Below are positions 26,850-37,467 of a DNA stretch of 64,000 bases, in pieces (within the stretch, counting starts at the first letter, position 1; every line of letters starts with the position of its first letter). A model generated the notes under the pieces. That model searched no databases and was not told where the DNA came from. It saw only the letters and a program-made list of their open reading frames with translations. The stretch spans positions 182,942 through 246,941 of the forward strand of contig CAVTUQ010000028.1 in the NCBI GenBank assembly GCA_963737905.1. Reading direction: 5' to 3'. The translations under genes were made by a program, and so were the position numbers. This stretch comes from an uncultured delta proteobacterium (GTDB lineage: Bacteria; Desulfobacterota; Binatia; UBA9968).

Positions 26850-29027
26850 TCATGCGCGCACCTCCACTGCGGGGGCTTGTTCCAAGCTCGCGTACCTGAT
26901 GTTTACCAACTCATACATCGGCACGGCGTCCCGCTTCCCCTTGACGACTACTTCGCCCAGAGGATTGACTTCGAGAATCTCTTTGGCTTCCTGGTAGGTA
27001 GAATTGCTGATGATGATGTTGTTTTGGGTCGGAAGATCCTTGTTCGCTGCTTCCAATCGCGCTCCGAGGTTGACCGCATCGCCGATGACCGTGTAATCGA
27101 AGCGCTGCTCTGAGCCGAGATTGCCAACCACGACCTCACCGGTGCTGACTCCGATTCCCATTCTGAGCGGAGTCTTTCCCTCGGCCTGCCAACGCTCCTG
27201 CAAGACCCTGAGTTGGCCGGCCATCTCGAAGGCGGCTTGGCAAGCGCGCGCTGCATGATCCGTGTAATGGATGGGGGCGCCGAAAATCCCCAGGATAGAG
27301 TCACCGATAAACTTGTCGACGGTCCCTCCGTGCTTGAAGATGATGTCAACCATCGCGGTCAAATACTCGCGGAGAATCTCGACGACCTCTTCAGGCTCGT
27401 GCTCTTCCGAGTAGGCAGTGAAGTCCCGGAGGTCCGTGAACAAAATCGTCAGGTGTCGCCGTTCCCCCCCGAACACGAGGGCGTTTGGGTCGTCAGCAAT
27501 CTGCTGGACGACATCATGGGGGACGTATTGTTGAAAAGCCCGTTTGAGCCAGGCCCGTTCTCGTTGCTCGGTCAGGACTCTGTGAAGCGTGCAGCCGGTG
27601 TAGGTAAACGCGAGACTCGCCATAGGATACACGATGGGTAACCAGTAGCCCGGGTATCTGAATAAGACGTGAGCCACGCCAAAAACCCCACCAGCCGTGA
27701 CCAATGTCGCCACCGTGCTGCCCATGGGGCGAAACCGCCGGGTGATAACGACCACGACCAAAGGCAGAAGAATTATTCCCGCGATGGTGACAAAAATCTC
27801 CCAGACCGGGCGGCGCAGATAGTGCCCACCTAGAATGTTGTCCGCGACAGTGGCATGGATCTCTACCCCGGGAAAAACAGGGTCGACCGGCGCAACCCGA
27901 ACGTCATAGATTCCCGAGGAAGTCGCCCCGACGAAGACCAGATGATCCTTGAGCGAACCTTCAGGGATATTTCCGGACATGACATCGATCGCAGAGACAT
28001 GGCGGAAGCTTTTCGCCGGTCCCGCGTAGTTCAGTAACATGCGCAGGTGATGGTCGGTCGGAATCTCCATGGCACCCAACCGGATTCCGCCTTCGAAGTC
28101 AATCTGCAGATCGGTGGCGGCCAACCCCAACGCCTGGCGCACTACCTCGAGCGGCAAAGACGGGTAATAGGCTCGGTGATACTCGATGACCAAAGGAGCC
28201 CACCGCACTACGCCATCAGAGTCCGGGATGACGTTTACATGTCCAAGCCCTTGGGCAGCCCGGACCAATGAGGCGATCGGTGGCATCATGCCCAATCCGG
28301 ACACGGGGGAAACAATACCGGCATCTTTTGGCCCTCTGAAGGCGATGATACGGGACTTCAAAGGAGGTTGGATTTGCGCCGTCACACCTTCCTCTGGGCG
28401 CGTCAAGAAGAAGGCCGCGATCACACTGCGCGGGACGCGCTGGAGCGCCTCGGCAAGAAGCGCATCCGCTTCACCTTCGTTCCCTCGGAGGCGCTGTAGC
28501 TCCTCATGAAACTCGCTGCTCTTGGGACCGCCCTTCAAGAGTCCCAATTGTTCGTAGCGCGACAACAGCCGATCAGTCAGTCGCGCCGAAAGATCCTTTT
28601 CCTCCTCGCTCAGAATAATATCCATCCCCACCGCCTTGGCCCCTGCTTTCCCGATCGCCTCGAGCAGCTGAGCCTGTACCCGCCGGGACCATGGCCAGCG
28701 TCCCACCGCGGCCAGGCTTTTTTCATCAATGGCGACAATCGTGATAGCGTTATTGGTTGGGCGCGGACCGCGAAGATGAAAATGAGCGTCAAAGATTTTC
28801 GCCTCGATGCTTTCGAGAAAGTCGATGCGCAGAAAGAAAAGTATCAACACGACGATCGAGACCCCAATTGCTATCATGAGATCTCGCCGAGGCCTTTTAC
28901 GCGAGATCGCGGCCCCGTTTGTCTTCGACGGTCCCGCGTTTGCTCGCGCCAAAGAGTTGCCGCGATTTTTCTCCGTCAAGTCGTTGTCACGGCGCGGTTG
29001 TTTGCCGTTCGAGTCAGAGTCAGTCAT
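26850..29027 (-). CDS. CHASE2-domain class III adenylate cyclase
   Basis: IVAIDEKSL..VGRWPWSR, PDSDGVVR, PGVEIHAT, 3 TM, FTDLRDFT, VDKFIGD, DYTVIGDAVNLGARLE (K/T residues point to ATP specificity). Confidence 0.93.
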   Translation of the reverse strand: MTDSDSNGKQPRRDNDLTEKNRGNSLARANAGPSKTNGAAISRKRPRRDLMIAIGVSIVVLILFFLRIDFLESIEAKIFDAHFHLRGPRPTNNAITIVAIDEKSLAAVGRWPWSRRVQAQLLEAIGKAGAKAVGMDIILSEEEKDLSARLTDRLLSRYEQLGLLKGGPKSSEFHEELQRLRGNEGEADALLAEALQRVPRSVIAAFFLTRPEEGVTAQIQPPLKSRIIAFRGPKDAGIVSPVSGLGMMPPIASLVRAAQGLGHVNVIPDSDGVVRWAPLVIEYHRAYYPSLPLEVVRQALGLAATDLQIDFEGGIRLGAMEIPTDHHLRMLLNYAGPAKSFRHVSAIDVMSGNIPEGSLKDHLVFVGATSSGIYDVRVAPVDPVFPGVEIHATVADNILGGHYLRRPVWEIFVTIAGIILLPLVVVVITRRFRPMGSTVATLVTAGGVFGVAHVLFRYPGYWLPIVYPMASLAFTYTGCTLHRVLTEQRERAWLKRAFQQYVPHDVVQQIADDPNALVFGGERRHLTILFTDLRDFTAYSEEHEPEEVVEILREYLTAMVDIIFKHGGTVDKFIGDSILGIFGAPIHYTDHAARACQAAFEMAGQLRVLQERWQAEGKTPLRMGIGVSTGEVVVGNLGSEQRFDYTVIGDAVNLGARLEAANKDLPTQNNIIISNSTYQEAKEILEVNPLGEVVVKGKRDAVPMYELVNIRYASLEQAPAVEVRA

Positions 29028-29184
29028 TGGCCTTTCGACTGAAAATTTTCGCAGCGCGCGAAAATTTCCCAGTGGCTATTCAAGAATGGAGATTTGCGTG
29101 CACCACGAGCCAAGCACGCCAGGTCCGGAAGTTAAATGTCTTTGCGGCCTTTGCGCGAGATATTCCGAGTTTTGATTTGCGGCT

Positions 29185-29415
29185 ACAAAACATGAAAATA
29201 CAGATCTTCGTCATGCCGGCATGGATAGCCGGCATCCAGGTTTGTAAGGACGCGTCCGGAAACATCCATGTCAACCTGGATTCCAGCACTCCATGCTGGA
29301 ATGACCGCAATCGAGGGGTGCTGTTTTAAACTGATAGAAGCCCCTCCGCCCCGTATTTTCAAAGGAGATCCTAGCGTGGCAGAGACGAGCCTAAGCTCAT
29401 GAATCACTTCGTGGT
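29185..29415. repeat. MITE/REP-like element copy 1 (second copy 48357-48572)
   Basis: acaaaacatgaaaata...cgtcatgccggcatggatagccggcatcc...ctggattccagcactccatgctggaatgac...tattttcaaaggag. Confidence 0.85.
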
Positions 29416-29753
29416 CGTTATACACCGGGTAAAGTACCAACAGCGTGAGATAGCTAGATGGATAACGGGTGCGATGCCGGAGTAGGAGTGCTCCAACGAA
29501 GTATAGTGCTATTTCATCCGATTTTGGCGCAAGGCTTCCGCTCGGCCTACGCGCCTCGCTTCAAGAGACAACAGGCATTTCTGTTGATCATCCGTGTTCA
29601 AAAGATACGACGCTTAGCACTCTCGAGTGAGCGGAAGTATTTTTGTAATTTGCCACGTCGCAAAATAAAGCCCCTTTCCGCCAATGCGTGGAATTCATCA
29701 GATGATCAGTGATGAACTCCTCGGAAGCTTTGTGTAGTACAAACCCCAACTAG

Positions 29754-29991
29754 CTGTCAAGACACTGACAGGAATAGGCATACGTCACTCCGTACGCTGT
29801 GGCAGCAGCAATTTTTATCAATGAATTAAAGTAATTATGTTATTGAGGCGTTTATAACTCGTGTCTAGTAACCAATGAAGTAAGCCGCTCGCCTCATTTC
29901 CACGTTTTTGTAAATTCTTTACGAGTTTTCATTCCAGCCACTGCGTAATTTGCCTTTTAAGTTAGCAAGTTAGACCTGGCATGGGACTTGC
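29754..29991 (+). promoter_or_regulatory. Putative sigma54 promoter with an IHF site and an upstream palindrome
   Basis: TGGCAT-GGGAC-TTGC at 29977-29991 (GG-N10-GC); TATCAA-TGAA-TTA at 29816-29828 fits WATCAANNNNTTR; CTGTCA-N6-TGACAG at 29754-29771. Confidence 0.5.
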
Positions 29992-30266
29992 CGTCTTTTA
30001 ATGGTGTTCGGCTCAATGCTTGGAGGCACAGTTTCCCCCTGCCAAAGGGCTATAGAGCTAAATATTTGTTTTACTGTTCAGCAAGAAATTTGCCTTCTAA
30101 CCGTTGCCGATCCGCACCGATGAAGCTGCGCTCACGACTGATGATATTTCGCGGCTTGCCGATATCATTATCGGTGCAGTTGAGTAGTCGATTTTTAGCG
30201 ATTAGTTTCAGAAGCTGCTCACGCCTTCAACTCGGTTCGCGCCGAATTACGAGGTGGCGGCAGGAA

Positions 30267-30629
30267 ATGGTTAGACTTTTCGCTGGCCTCGCTGTGGTTT
30301 CTATGCTGTGGGGTTGTGGGCTATCGTATTCCGAGCGCGTTTGGGATCGGGGCCTGAGACCCGTCATCCAGGTGATTCCTGAGAGGGATTGGGCAGCGGA
30401 AGTTCCGATGTGTCCATCCTGTCTCGCTACGACAACTAAGTTGCCCCTGCGAAACTATCTCATCAAGGTTAGGTGGGGACAATGGGAAACTTTGGAGCAT
30501 GAATTTCGGCATATATGGGAGTGGGAAACGAACGGCACAACAGACCACATTATTTTATCAAGGGGTGAGAGTTCCGTGCACGCTGCAAATTCCGAGGAAA
30601 AAAGGCAACTCGATGGCGACGAAAACTAA
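30267..30629 (+). CDS. Small predicted lipoprotein with an HExxH motif
   Basis: MVRLFAGLAVVSMLWG|C lipobox, CPSC, LEHEFRH; GGA before the ATG. Confidence 0.55.
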   Translation: MVRLFAGLAVVSMLWGCGLSYSERVWDRGLRPVIQVIPERDWAAEVPMCPSCLATTTKLPLRNYLIKVRWGQWETLEHEFRHIWEWETNGTTDHIILSRGESSVHAANSEEKRQLDGDEN

Positions 30630-30714
30630 CAAGATAACGGAACGTTCCTCTCTCCGCGCCGGCCTCTCGAAAATAAATTGAATCGGTCAGTTTACTGCCC
30701 GGGCGCGAAGAGTC

Positions 30715-30768
30715 GCCCGCTTCTTGTCGGGAGAACTGATACCATCTGACCTCACCTCTCTTCATCAA
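30715..30768 (-). pseudogene. MazF/PemK toxin N-terminal stub
   Basis: MKRGEVRWYQFS then DKKR in a shifted frame, then loss of homology. Confidence 0.55.
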
Positions 30769-31101
30769 TCACCCCAGACCTTGTTTCAAGCTCGCGGGCC
30801 GATTGTCGCCACGATTGTAAAGATCCTCGCGCGTCCACCCCCGGCCAGACTTAGCGGTTCCTAGTAAATCGGGAGTGATCATGCTTTCGCGCTTTTGCTG
30901 TCGGCGCGTCGCTTGATCAAACAACCGAAGTCGGGCCCGAACATCAACATCACTTTTCTGCCGCCTTCGCTTGCCGGCAGGAATTACCCGTAGCGCCTCA
31001 CCCGCGAGTTCCCAATCGATCTGATCCCCCGGATTGATGCCAAGTTGTTTAGCGACGGCCTTGGGAAGCGTTACTTGCAGCTTGCTAGTTACCTTACTCA
31101 T
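30769..31101 (-). CDS. AbrB/MazE/SpoVT antitoxin
   Basis: MSKVTSKLQVTLPKAVAKQLGINPGDQIDW...RGWTREDLY. Confidence 0.85.
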   Translation of the reverse strand: MSKVTSKLQVTLPKAVAKQLGINPGDQIDWELAGEALRVIPAGKRRRQKSDVDVRARLRLFDQATRRQQKRESMITPDLLGTAKSGRGWTREDLYNRGDNRPASLKQGLG

Positions 31102-31190
31102 GTCCTTACTTTGCCAAGGACTCAATCCTTGTCAATAGTGAGATGTTTTGTCGGCGTTCGTCAATCGCCGATGTATGCTCGCGCAAGAAC

Positions 31191-32627
31191 TTATTGCAAT
31201 ACATCATTGACGATCCGCATGAGTTTGCCGGCATCTGGTAATTCCGCAACCGACCAAGAAGTCTCAATCAAAGTCGCGGCGCTCTTTTCATCTAATACAC
31301 CTTCGCAACAGGAGCGCACCTTGGCTTCCACGTCGGCATCGCTGAGCGGGTTTTCCGGTCCACCGCGATAGCGCTCATCGGCCCAGCCTTCGACCGCGCG
31401 GCCGTTTTTTAGTCGAATCGTGATTCGTGAGCGCATCTTATCGAAACCCATTTTCTCGATCGCGGGATCGAGCTCTGTCGATATGCGCCGTTGCATCGCT
31501 TGCATCGGTTCATTGCCGACGAACTCGTCGGAGAATTCACGTTTGCCGGCCTTGCGCACAAGCGCAATCATGGCAAGGGCCGCGGGTAGCGAAAATTTGG
31601 CTTGGAGATGGTTTGCAGCAATGGGATAGCGAATAGGCTTTAGAATATTTGTGCCTGCGTAGACCTTGACCGCCTCAATTTCTTCCGACTTCACGTCATG
31701 CTCGGTGACGAGTTTCAACATCAAGTCGATGGTCGGATGGGTGAGCACGCCGCAGGGATAGGGTTTGATCGACACTCCCGGGTCGACGATGCTCCATGTC
31801 TTGCCGAAGCCCTGTGAAACTTTCTCGGCATCGACGCCTCCTCCCTGGACGGCATAGAAACCCCAGGGACCGTCCAAAGCATCCGGATCCGCTGTGAACC
31901 CCCGCTCCGCAAGCAGCGCTGCGGTAACCCCATTCTCCGCAGCCCGGCCGACGTGTAGGGGCTTGGTCATCGTGCCAAAGTTGCAGCGAATGCCGGCAGC
32001 AAAACTTGCAGCGATGCCCAACCCACTGCGCAGCTTGTCCCCCGTTAAGCCTAGAAGTTTTGCCGCTGTCGCATAGGCTCCGAAGGTTCCCACCGTGCCG
32101 CTGGAGTGCATGCCCCTCACGTAATGCTGCGGCAGCATCCACTCGGAGATTTTACATTCCACTTCAAAGCCCGTCAGAAAAGCGAGCATGAAAGTCTTAC
32201 CGTCGACGCCGCCGAGTTTCTGCGCCATCACCAACGCACCCGTCAACGGCGGAATCGTTGGATGAGTCAGCAGTCCATAGATATGCGTTGGGTCGAGACT
32301 CACCTGGCTGTCATCCCAGTCATGGGCATGGCCAGACGTGCCGAGCACGCGGGCCGCCATGGCAGCCGGAACTTTTTTATTGCCGCGGCCCAACAAAAGC
32401 GCGTCCGGCCGGCCGGCCGTCTGCTCGGCTTCGTCGATGAGCAGTCTCACGGAATGTTCCTCCGACCCCGCAACGAAGAGACCGAGGCCGTCGAGCAAAC
32501 AGCGCGTGCCGATCCGCACCGCTTCAGCTGGAATCCCAGCAAAAGTCACGTTCTCGACGAAAGCGGCAGCAGCGGCTGTGGTTTTCAGCCCATCAGGAAT
32601 GGTCGCAAACGCGTTTTGTTCGGCCAT
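31191..32627 (-). CDS. MmgE/PrpD family protein
   Basis: HAHDWDD, HPT, GMHSSGTVG, GTMTKPLHVG, KPYPCG, AKFS, RGGPENPLS. Confidence 0.92.
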   Translation of the reverse strand: MAEQNAFATIPDGLKTTAAAAAFVENVTFAGIPAEAVRIGTRCLLDGLGLFVAGSEEHSVRLLIDEAEQTAGRPDALLLGRGNKKVPAAMAARVLGTSGHAHDWDDSQVSLDPTHIYGLLTHPTIPPLTGALVMAQKLGGVDGKTFMLAFLTGFEVECKISEWMLPQHYVRGMHSSGTVGTFGAYATAAKLLGLTGDKLRSGLGIAASFAAGIRCNFGTMTKPLHVGRAAENGVTAALLAERGFTADPDALDGPWGFYAVQGGGVDAEKVSQGFGKTWSIVDPGVSIKPYPCGVLTHPTIDLMLKLVTEHDVKSEEIEAVKVYAGTNILKPIRYPIAANHLQAKFSLPAALAMIALVRKAGKREFSDEFVGNEPMQAMQRRISTELDPAIEKMGFDKMRSRITIRLKNGRAVEGWADERYRGGPENPLSDADVEAKVRSCCEGVLDEKSAATLIETSWSVAELPDAGKLMRIVNDVLQ

Positions 32628-32647
32628 TATGATCTGACCAATACAGT

Positions 32648-33487
32648 TTAAGCCGCAGCCCGCTTCATAAAATCGCTGAAGAGCGAGGCCATCTCGCCGG
32701 CCTTCTCATCCCATTCTTCTCGTGGACCGAGGGGCTCGTCGTGGTGCTTGGGAAAGAGGATATGCACGTTGCTTTTTGGCAGCAGGCGACCGAGATTCTC
32801 GCCGGTTTGACGCCCATGGGTATTGTCGTTTCCAGGGATGATGCATGCCGGAACTTTAATCGACTTGAGCTCCGCCTCGCTCGCCCCAATGACCGGGAGA
32901 TCGGCGCCTTTGAGAAAATACTCGCGCCAGTGCGACATGACGGCAATGAAACGTTCGGGGCTCATTTTCATCAAGGCGTCGCGATTCTCCGGTCGCGCTT
33001 CGATCCGCTCCTTCCAGTGTTCCATCTCGCAGACCTTGGCCATGCCTCCTTGTTTGGCGGCTTCAATAAACTGGCCGTAATATTCTTGCGCCAGCCGCTC
33101 GCACGCAAAGCGTCCGCCGGTGACGCGCCAAAGCAGTAAACCCTTCACCGCTTCCGGATGTCGCAAAGCAAATAATAGGGAAGTCCGGCAGCCGGAGGAA
33201 CTCCCGCCGATAAAAGCGGGTAACGCGCCGAGTTGCCGGAGCAACTCGTGAATATCATCGGCCCAAATCTCATACTCTGAATCCTCGCCATCGATGACGA
33301 CGGCGGAAGCGCCGCAGTTGCGCCGATCGAAGACGACGACGCGGTGGCCGGTCTCCGCCACTTTGCCGGCGAGCAGCTCGATGCCGCTGATATCGCGCCG
33401 GCCGCCGGGCGAGAGCGCCACCCAAGGGCCGTGGTTGCCGAGCACTTTATAGTTCATGTTGACACCGCGTACGTTTGCTAAAGGCAT
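32648..33487 (-). CDS. Alpha/beta fold hydrolase
   Basis: FDRRNCGAS, GSSSG nucleophile elbow, ALRHPEAVKGLLL. Confidence 0.88.
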   Translation of the reverse strand: MPLANVRGVNMNYKVLGNHGPWVALSPGGRRDISGIELLAGKVAETGHRVVVFDRRNCGASAVVIDGEDSEYEIWADDIHELLRQLGALPAFIGGSSSGCRTSLLFALRHPEAVKGLLLWRVTGGRFACERLAQEYYGQFIEAAKQGGMAKVCEMEHWKERIEARPENRDALMKMSPERFIAVMSHWREYFLKGADLPVIGASEAELKSIKVPACIIPGNDNTHGRQTGENLGRLLPKSNVHILFPKHHDEPLGPREEWDEKAGEMASLFSDFMKRAAA

Positions 33488-33679
33488 CGTTTCTCCCTCC
33501 TATTTCTGACTGATAGCCGGGTTTCTATGCGTGAGGTTTCACTACCACAACCGCAACCCGTAGCACAATCGAGTTTGTCCGATCGTTGCTCTCAAAGCTT
33601 TGGAAGGAAATCTTGCAGCTCCGGTGAAATGGGTTCGTCGATCGACTAGCCATTCATCGTGGCGCGCTGCGAATTAGCA

Positions 33680-33755
33680 GAGTTCAATTCGTTCAAGTGG
33701 TTCAAATCGTTCAAAACGTTTTGAACGGCTTAAACGGCTTGAGCGTTTTGAACTC
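33680..33755. repeat. 9-mer GTTCAAnnn inverted hairpin
   Basis: gttcaattc gttcaagtg gttcaaatc gttcaaaac | gttttgaac ggcttaaac ggcttgagc gttttgaac. Confidence 0.85.
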
Positions 33756-33781
33756 GGTTTCGCCATCCGGCTCAACCCAGC

Positions 33782-34537
33782 TCAAGACGAGAGCCGGCTA
33801 ATGGATTGCCGCACTGTTGGCCGCTGGCCTGATTCGACATCTTCTCGTCGGCGCGCATGAAACGTCGTGAGCGTTTTGTTGGCGCGCGCGAGGACGGCGA
33901 TCTGCTCGCAATATTGGTCAAGTTTGCCGCCGGGGAACGCCCACATCGCCATGCTGTCTGACAACGAATCGAGATAGGCGCGCGCGCCGCAACAACCCAA
34001 ACTCATCGCCGCGTATCCTTGATTGAGTACCTGAGGGACCACCGCGCAGGCGGGCCGGCCCATCGCCGGCGGTAGGCCCTTATCGACTCGCCCAGCCGCT
34101 TCGCTGAGGATAAGCCCTTGCTGGGCGTGGGCGAACACGAGGACCACTTCAGGGTCAAGTGGAAAGTCAGCGAGGGGACCGTAGATCACATGCTTTACCT
34201 CGCGCTGCACCATCGGGATCGCGGCGACTTCCTCTTCGCGCACGTAGTCGAGCCCGCTCATGGCCTCGAGCGTATGCTTGAGCTCAGCATGATGGGCCGG
34301 CGAGGGCTGCGCCATATGGTGCGTGTGCACCCCGATTGAACAGAGCTCGTGATCTTTCGTCGACGTGGCAAATGTGCGGGTCGCCGCTAGCTGCCAAAAG
34401 ACGCATCCCGCTGGCACGACACCGTTAAACGGAGTGACCCCGGTCGGGATGAATTCACTAAACGATATGGCTATCGGCGGGAGAGGCAAATCCAAAAAGT
34501 GCATCAAGTCATCGGCCAGTTTTCTATAGTTGCTCAT
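33782..34537 (-). CDS. DUF169 family protein
   Basis: PIAISF, GCVFW, C.IG, YGPL...PEVV, PACA, SLGCCGAR. Confidence 0.75.
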   Translation of the reverse strand: MSNYRKLADDLMHFLDLPLPPIAISFSEFIPTGVTPFNGVVPAGCVFWQLAATRTFATSTKDHELCSIGVHTHHMAQPSPAHHAELKHTLEAMSGLDYVREEEVAAIPMVQREVKHVIYGPLADFPLDPEVVLVFAHAQQGLILSEAAGRVDKGLPPAMGRPACAVVPQVLNQGYAAMSLGCCGARAYLDSLSDSMAMWAFPGGKLDQYCEQIAVLARANKTLTTFHARRREDVESGQRPTVRQSISRLSS

Positions 34538-34864
34538 TCAGACTTCCTTCCTTGGCAACACGGCCCAACGTCGCAAATCAGCGGTCCCGAGCTTCGGCGG
34601 AATTCCAGAAGATTTCAGCATGCAGATCATTTGTTCAGCGCGCCGGCAACGATCCCCATGAGTATGAGAGCGGAATCCTATAAGCGGTTGCAGAGTTAAG
34701 CAAGTTGCTTTTTACCGACCGGAGGTGCCAACACCGGTGATCGTTACGCTACTGAAGGTTGACTTTTAGAGTCCATCGTTGTATTCACCAACTCTTAGCG
34801 TTGAAGCGAGGCAATGTAATGACGCGTCGAAATAAGACATCTTTATCAAGGAACGGAGGCACGT

Positions 34865-35929
34865 ATGGATTGCTGCCAAAACTTGACGTCCGATTTTAGT
34901 GACGAACCCAAAGCAATCGACCTGGGCAAAGTAATTGGCAGGCGAACGGCGCTAAAGCGGCTGGCAGGTTTGGCCGGCGGTATCATGTTCGTTTCCGAAA
35001 GGCATGCCTATGGCCAAGGCCGCCAGGTGCTCCTCGCCTTCTGCGGACAACTGCTCTGCGTCGTGCCCTACGAGGTCACCAGAGCGCGCGGGCATTTTGC
35101 GGAAGAAGGACTTGATGTCAGGCTGGTCTATACCCGGGGCGGCAACGTCGCCATGCAAGCACTGGTGGGAAACGCGGTGGATTACGCAGGCACTTCCTTC
35201 GACGTAGCGCTTCAGGCTTATGCTCGCGGCGCCAAGATCGCCCGCTTCGCTTCCACCGGGAGATTACCGCTTTTTGCCCTCGCCGCCGCACCGAAAGCCG
35301 CAAAAGAGATACGCAGCCTTAAAGATTTAGAGAACCGCACGGTCGGCATCTCGGCTCTGGGCAACGCAGAGCACATCTTGCTCATCTATCTTATGAAAAA
35401 GGCCGGAGCCGATCCCGACCGCGTGCGCTTCGCGACTCTCGGCACCAACCTTTACGAGCCGTTGCGGCTTGGACAGATTGATGCGGGTATGGTGCAAGAG
35501 CCGGCGTTGACTCTAATCACCGGCGCCGGCGGCAAGGTGATCGCCAATATAATGGATATCGAGGAAGCGAACCGCTATCTCGGCGGAGCGTACGAATTTA
35601 TGGGTGTATCCGTGCGCGCCGAGGAACGTGAGCGGCGCCGCGATGAGATGGGCCGGCTCGCTCGCGCGCTCGCAAAGGGATTGCGGGACACTCGCACCAT
35701 ACCGACGAGTGATGCTGTTGCTGCGTTGCCTAAAGAACTCATCACGGGAGCTAACCGGGACCGGCTAGCTGGGATTCTGGAACGGTACCGGCGATCTCTC
35801 TACCCGGACAACGTGAAAATCGATCCCGCTGCCGCCAATCGTGTCGCTGACGCGCATCGGACCGCGGGCCTGCTGGCTTCGTCTGTCGACTACAAAAATT
35901 TACTGGATCTATCTGTCGTCGAGAAATAA
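34865..35929 (+). CDS. NitT/TauT ABC substrate-binding protein (Tat-like RRTALK)
   Basis: GHFAEEGLDV...RGG...ALV...DL.N.TVG...G.IDA..VQEP. Confidence 0.88.
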   Translation: MDCCQNLTSDFSDEPKAIDLGKVIGRRTALKRLAGLAGGIMFVSERHAYGQGRQVLLAFCGQLLCVVPYEVTRARGHFAEEGLDVRLVYTRGGNVAMQALVGNAVDYAGTSFDVALQAYARGAKIARFASTGRLPLFALAAAPKAAKEIRSLKDLENRTVGISALGNAEHILLIYLMKKAGADPDRVRFATLGTNLYEPLRLGQIDAGMVQEPALTLITGAGGKVIANIMDIEEANRYLGGAYEFMGVSVRAEERERRRDEMGRLARALAKGLRDTRTIPTSDAVAALPKELITGANRDRLAGILERYRRSLYPDNVKIDPAAANRVADAHRTAGLLASSVDYKNLLDLSVVEK

Positions 35930-36688
35930 GTGCTCCGCGTCTCAGATCTCGCCTTGGGTTATGGTGAAGAGCCCATCGTCGAAGGAGTCAGCCTAGAAGT
36001 TCCCGGAGGCAAATTCGTGAGTCTGGTTGGACCGTCAGGGTCCGGCAAGACGAGCATCCTGCGCGCGATCACGGGGCTGCTCACCCCTCGCTCCGGCCAT
36101 GTGGAATTAAACGGAAGTCAGGAGTCTCTCGGGTTTCTGTTTCAGGACGATGCGCTTTTGCCGTGGCGGAGCGCACGCGAAAACGTCGCCCTTGGGCTTC
36201 GCATCCGGAAGGCTTCGAAAGACATGGCGCTCACCGAGGCCGACGCTTGGCTGGGTCGACTCGGGCTTGGGGATTTCGGCGGGCGTTTCCCCCACGAGTT
36301 ATCGGGCGGTCAAAGAAAGCGCGTCGCCATTGCCCAGGTTCTGGTCTTAAAACCAAAATTGCTGCTCATGGATGAGCCCTTCGCCTCGCTGGACGCGATT
36401 GTGCGGACCCGACTTACGCAGGAACTGCTGAGCTGGGTTGAGGAGGAGCATTTGAGCGTGCTCTTGGTGACCCACGACCTCGAAGAGGCGTTAACTGTCT
36501 CTGACACCGTCTATCTGCTTTCGCAGGGGCCACGGGCGCGGATTCGAAAATCTTATGCGGTATCGATTCCGCGGCCTCGAGATCTTCTTGCCACTCGTCA
36601 ACACCCAAGCTTTGCCCCTCTTCTGGCGGAGCTTTGGAAAGATATGTTCGACGAGGTCGCACCGCGTCAACACGAGTCAGTGACATGA
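35930..36688 (+). CDS. NitT/TauT ABC ATP-binding protein
   Basis: GPSGSGKT, LSGGQRKR, MDEPF, VTHD. Confidence 0.93.
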   Translation: MLRVSDLALGYGEEPIVEGVSLEVPGGKFVSLVGPSGSGKTSILRAITGLLTPRSGHVELNGSQESLGFLFQDDALLPWRSARENVALGLRIRKASKDMALTEADAWLGRLGLGDFGGRFPHELSGGQRKRVAIAQVLVLKPKLLLMDEPFASLDAIVRTRLTQELLSWVEEEHLSVLLVTHDLEEALTVSDTVYLLSQGPRARIRKSYAVSIPRPRDLLATRQHPSFAPLLAELWKDMFDEVAPRQHESVT

Positions 36689-37467
36689 CGCGTTATTTAA
36701 AAAAACTATGGGTGCGGCGGTGTTTGTCTCTATTTCTTCTCGCTCTTGTCTGGGAAGTGCTGGCTCGCCGTGGAATCATTGATCCGTTTTACGCTCCACC
36801 TCCCAGCGAAATTTTGCGAGTTGTCTACTCATTGTTCGCCGAAGGACGCATTCTCAGCCATTTGGAAGCAACCTTCACCGCTGCCCTCGCGGGACTCGTG
36901 ATCGGTGTCGCGCTTGGGATCATCTGTGGTTTTGCTGCGGCATTAATCCCGTTGGTTGCTGAGCTCCTTGAGCCTGTCATGATGCTTCTGAACGCCATTC
37001 CTCGGGTTATCCTCGCGCCGCTATTTGTGATCTGGCTCGGCATCGAGCTACCGTCGAAGATTGCTCTCTCCGTAGTCCTCGTTGCGGTGCTCATATTCTT
37101 CGCGGTCTACAGCGGCATCAAGGATGTCAATCAGCTCCTGGTCGACCGGGTGCGGACGCTTGGCGGCGGGCGAATGATCCTGTTGCGTGAAGTCTACATT
37201 CCGTCGGTTACGGCATGGGTGCTCGGCAGCCTCAAGGTGGCGGTCGGCTTCGCGTTTACGGGTGCCGTCGTCGGGGAATTTGTTGCGGCCACTCGAGGTC
37301 TTGGCTACCTGCTCCAGTTTGCCCAGAGCACCTATAATGCGGCGCTGACCCTGGGGCTCATATTTCTCATCATGGCGTTTGTCCTGCTTCTATTCGTATG
37401 CGCGGAAGCTTTGGAGCATCGGCTCCTTCGCTGGCGCTACCAGGGCTACAATCAGCAAACTTCCTAG
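36685..37467 (+). CDS. NitT/TauT ABC permease
   Basis: PPPSEI, AIPRVILAPLFVIWLG, GAVVGEF...GLGY. Confidence 0.92.
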   Translation: MTRYLKKLWVRRCLSLFLLALVWEVLARRGIIDPFYAPPPSEILRVVYSLFAEGRILSHLEATFTAALAGLVIGVALGIICGFAAALIPLVAELLEPVMMLLNAIPRVILAPLFVIWLGIELPSKIALSVVLVAVLIFFAVYSGIKDVNQLLVDRVRTLGGGRMILLREVYIPSVTAWVLGSLKVAVGFAFTGAVVGEFVAATRGLGYLLQFAQSTYNAALTLGLIFLIMAFVLLLFVCAEALEHRLLRWRYQGYNQQTS

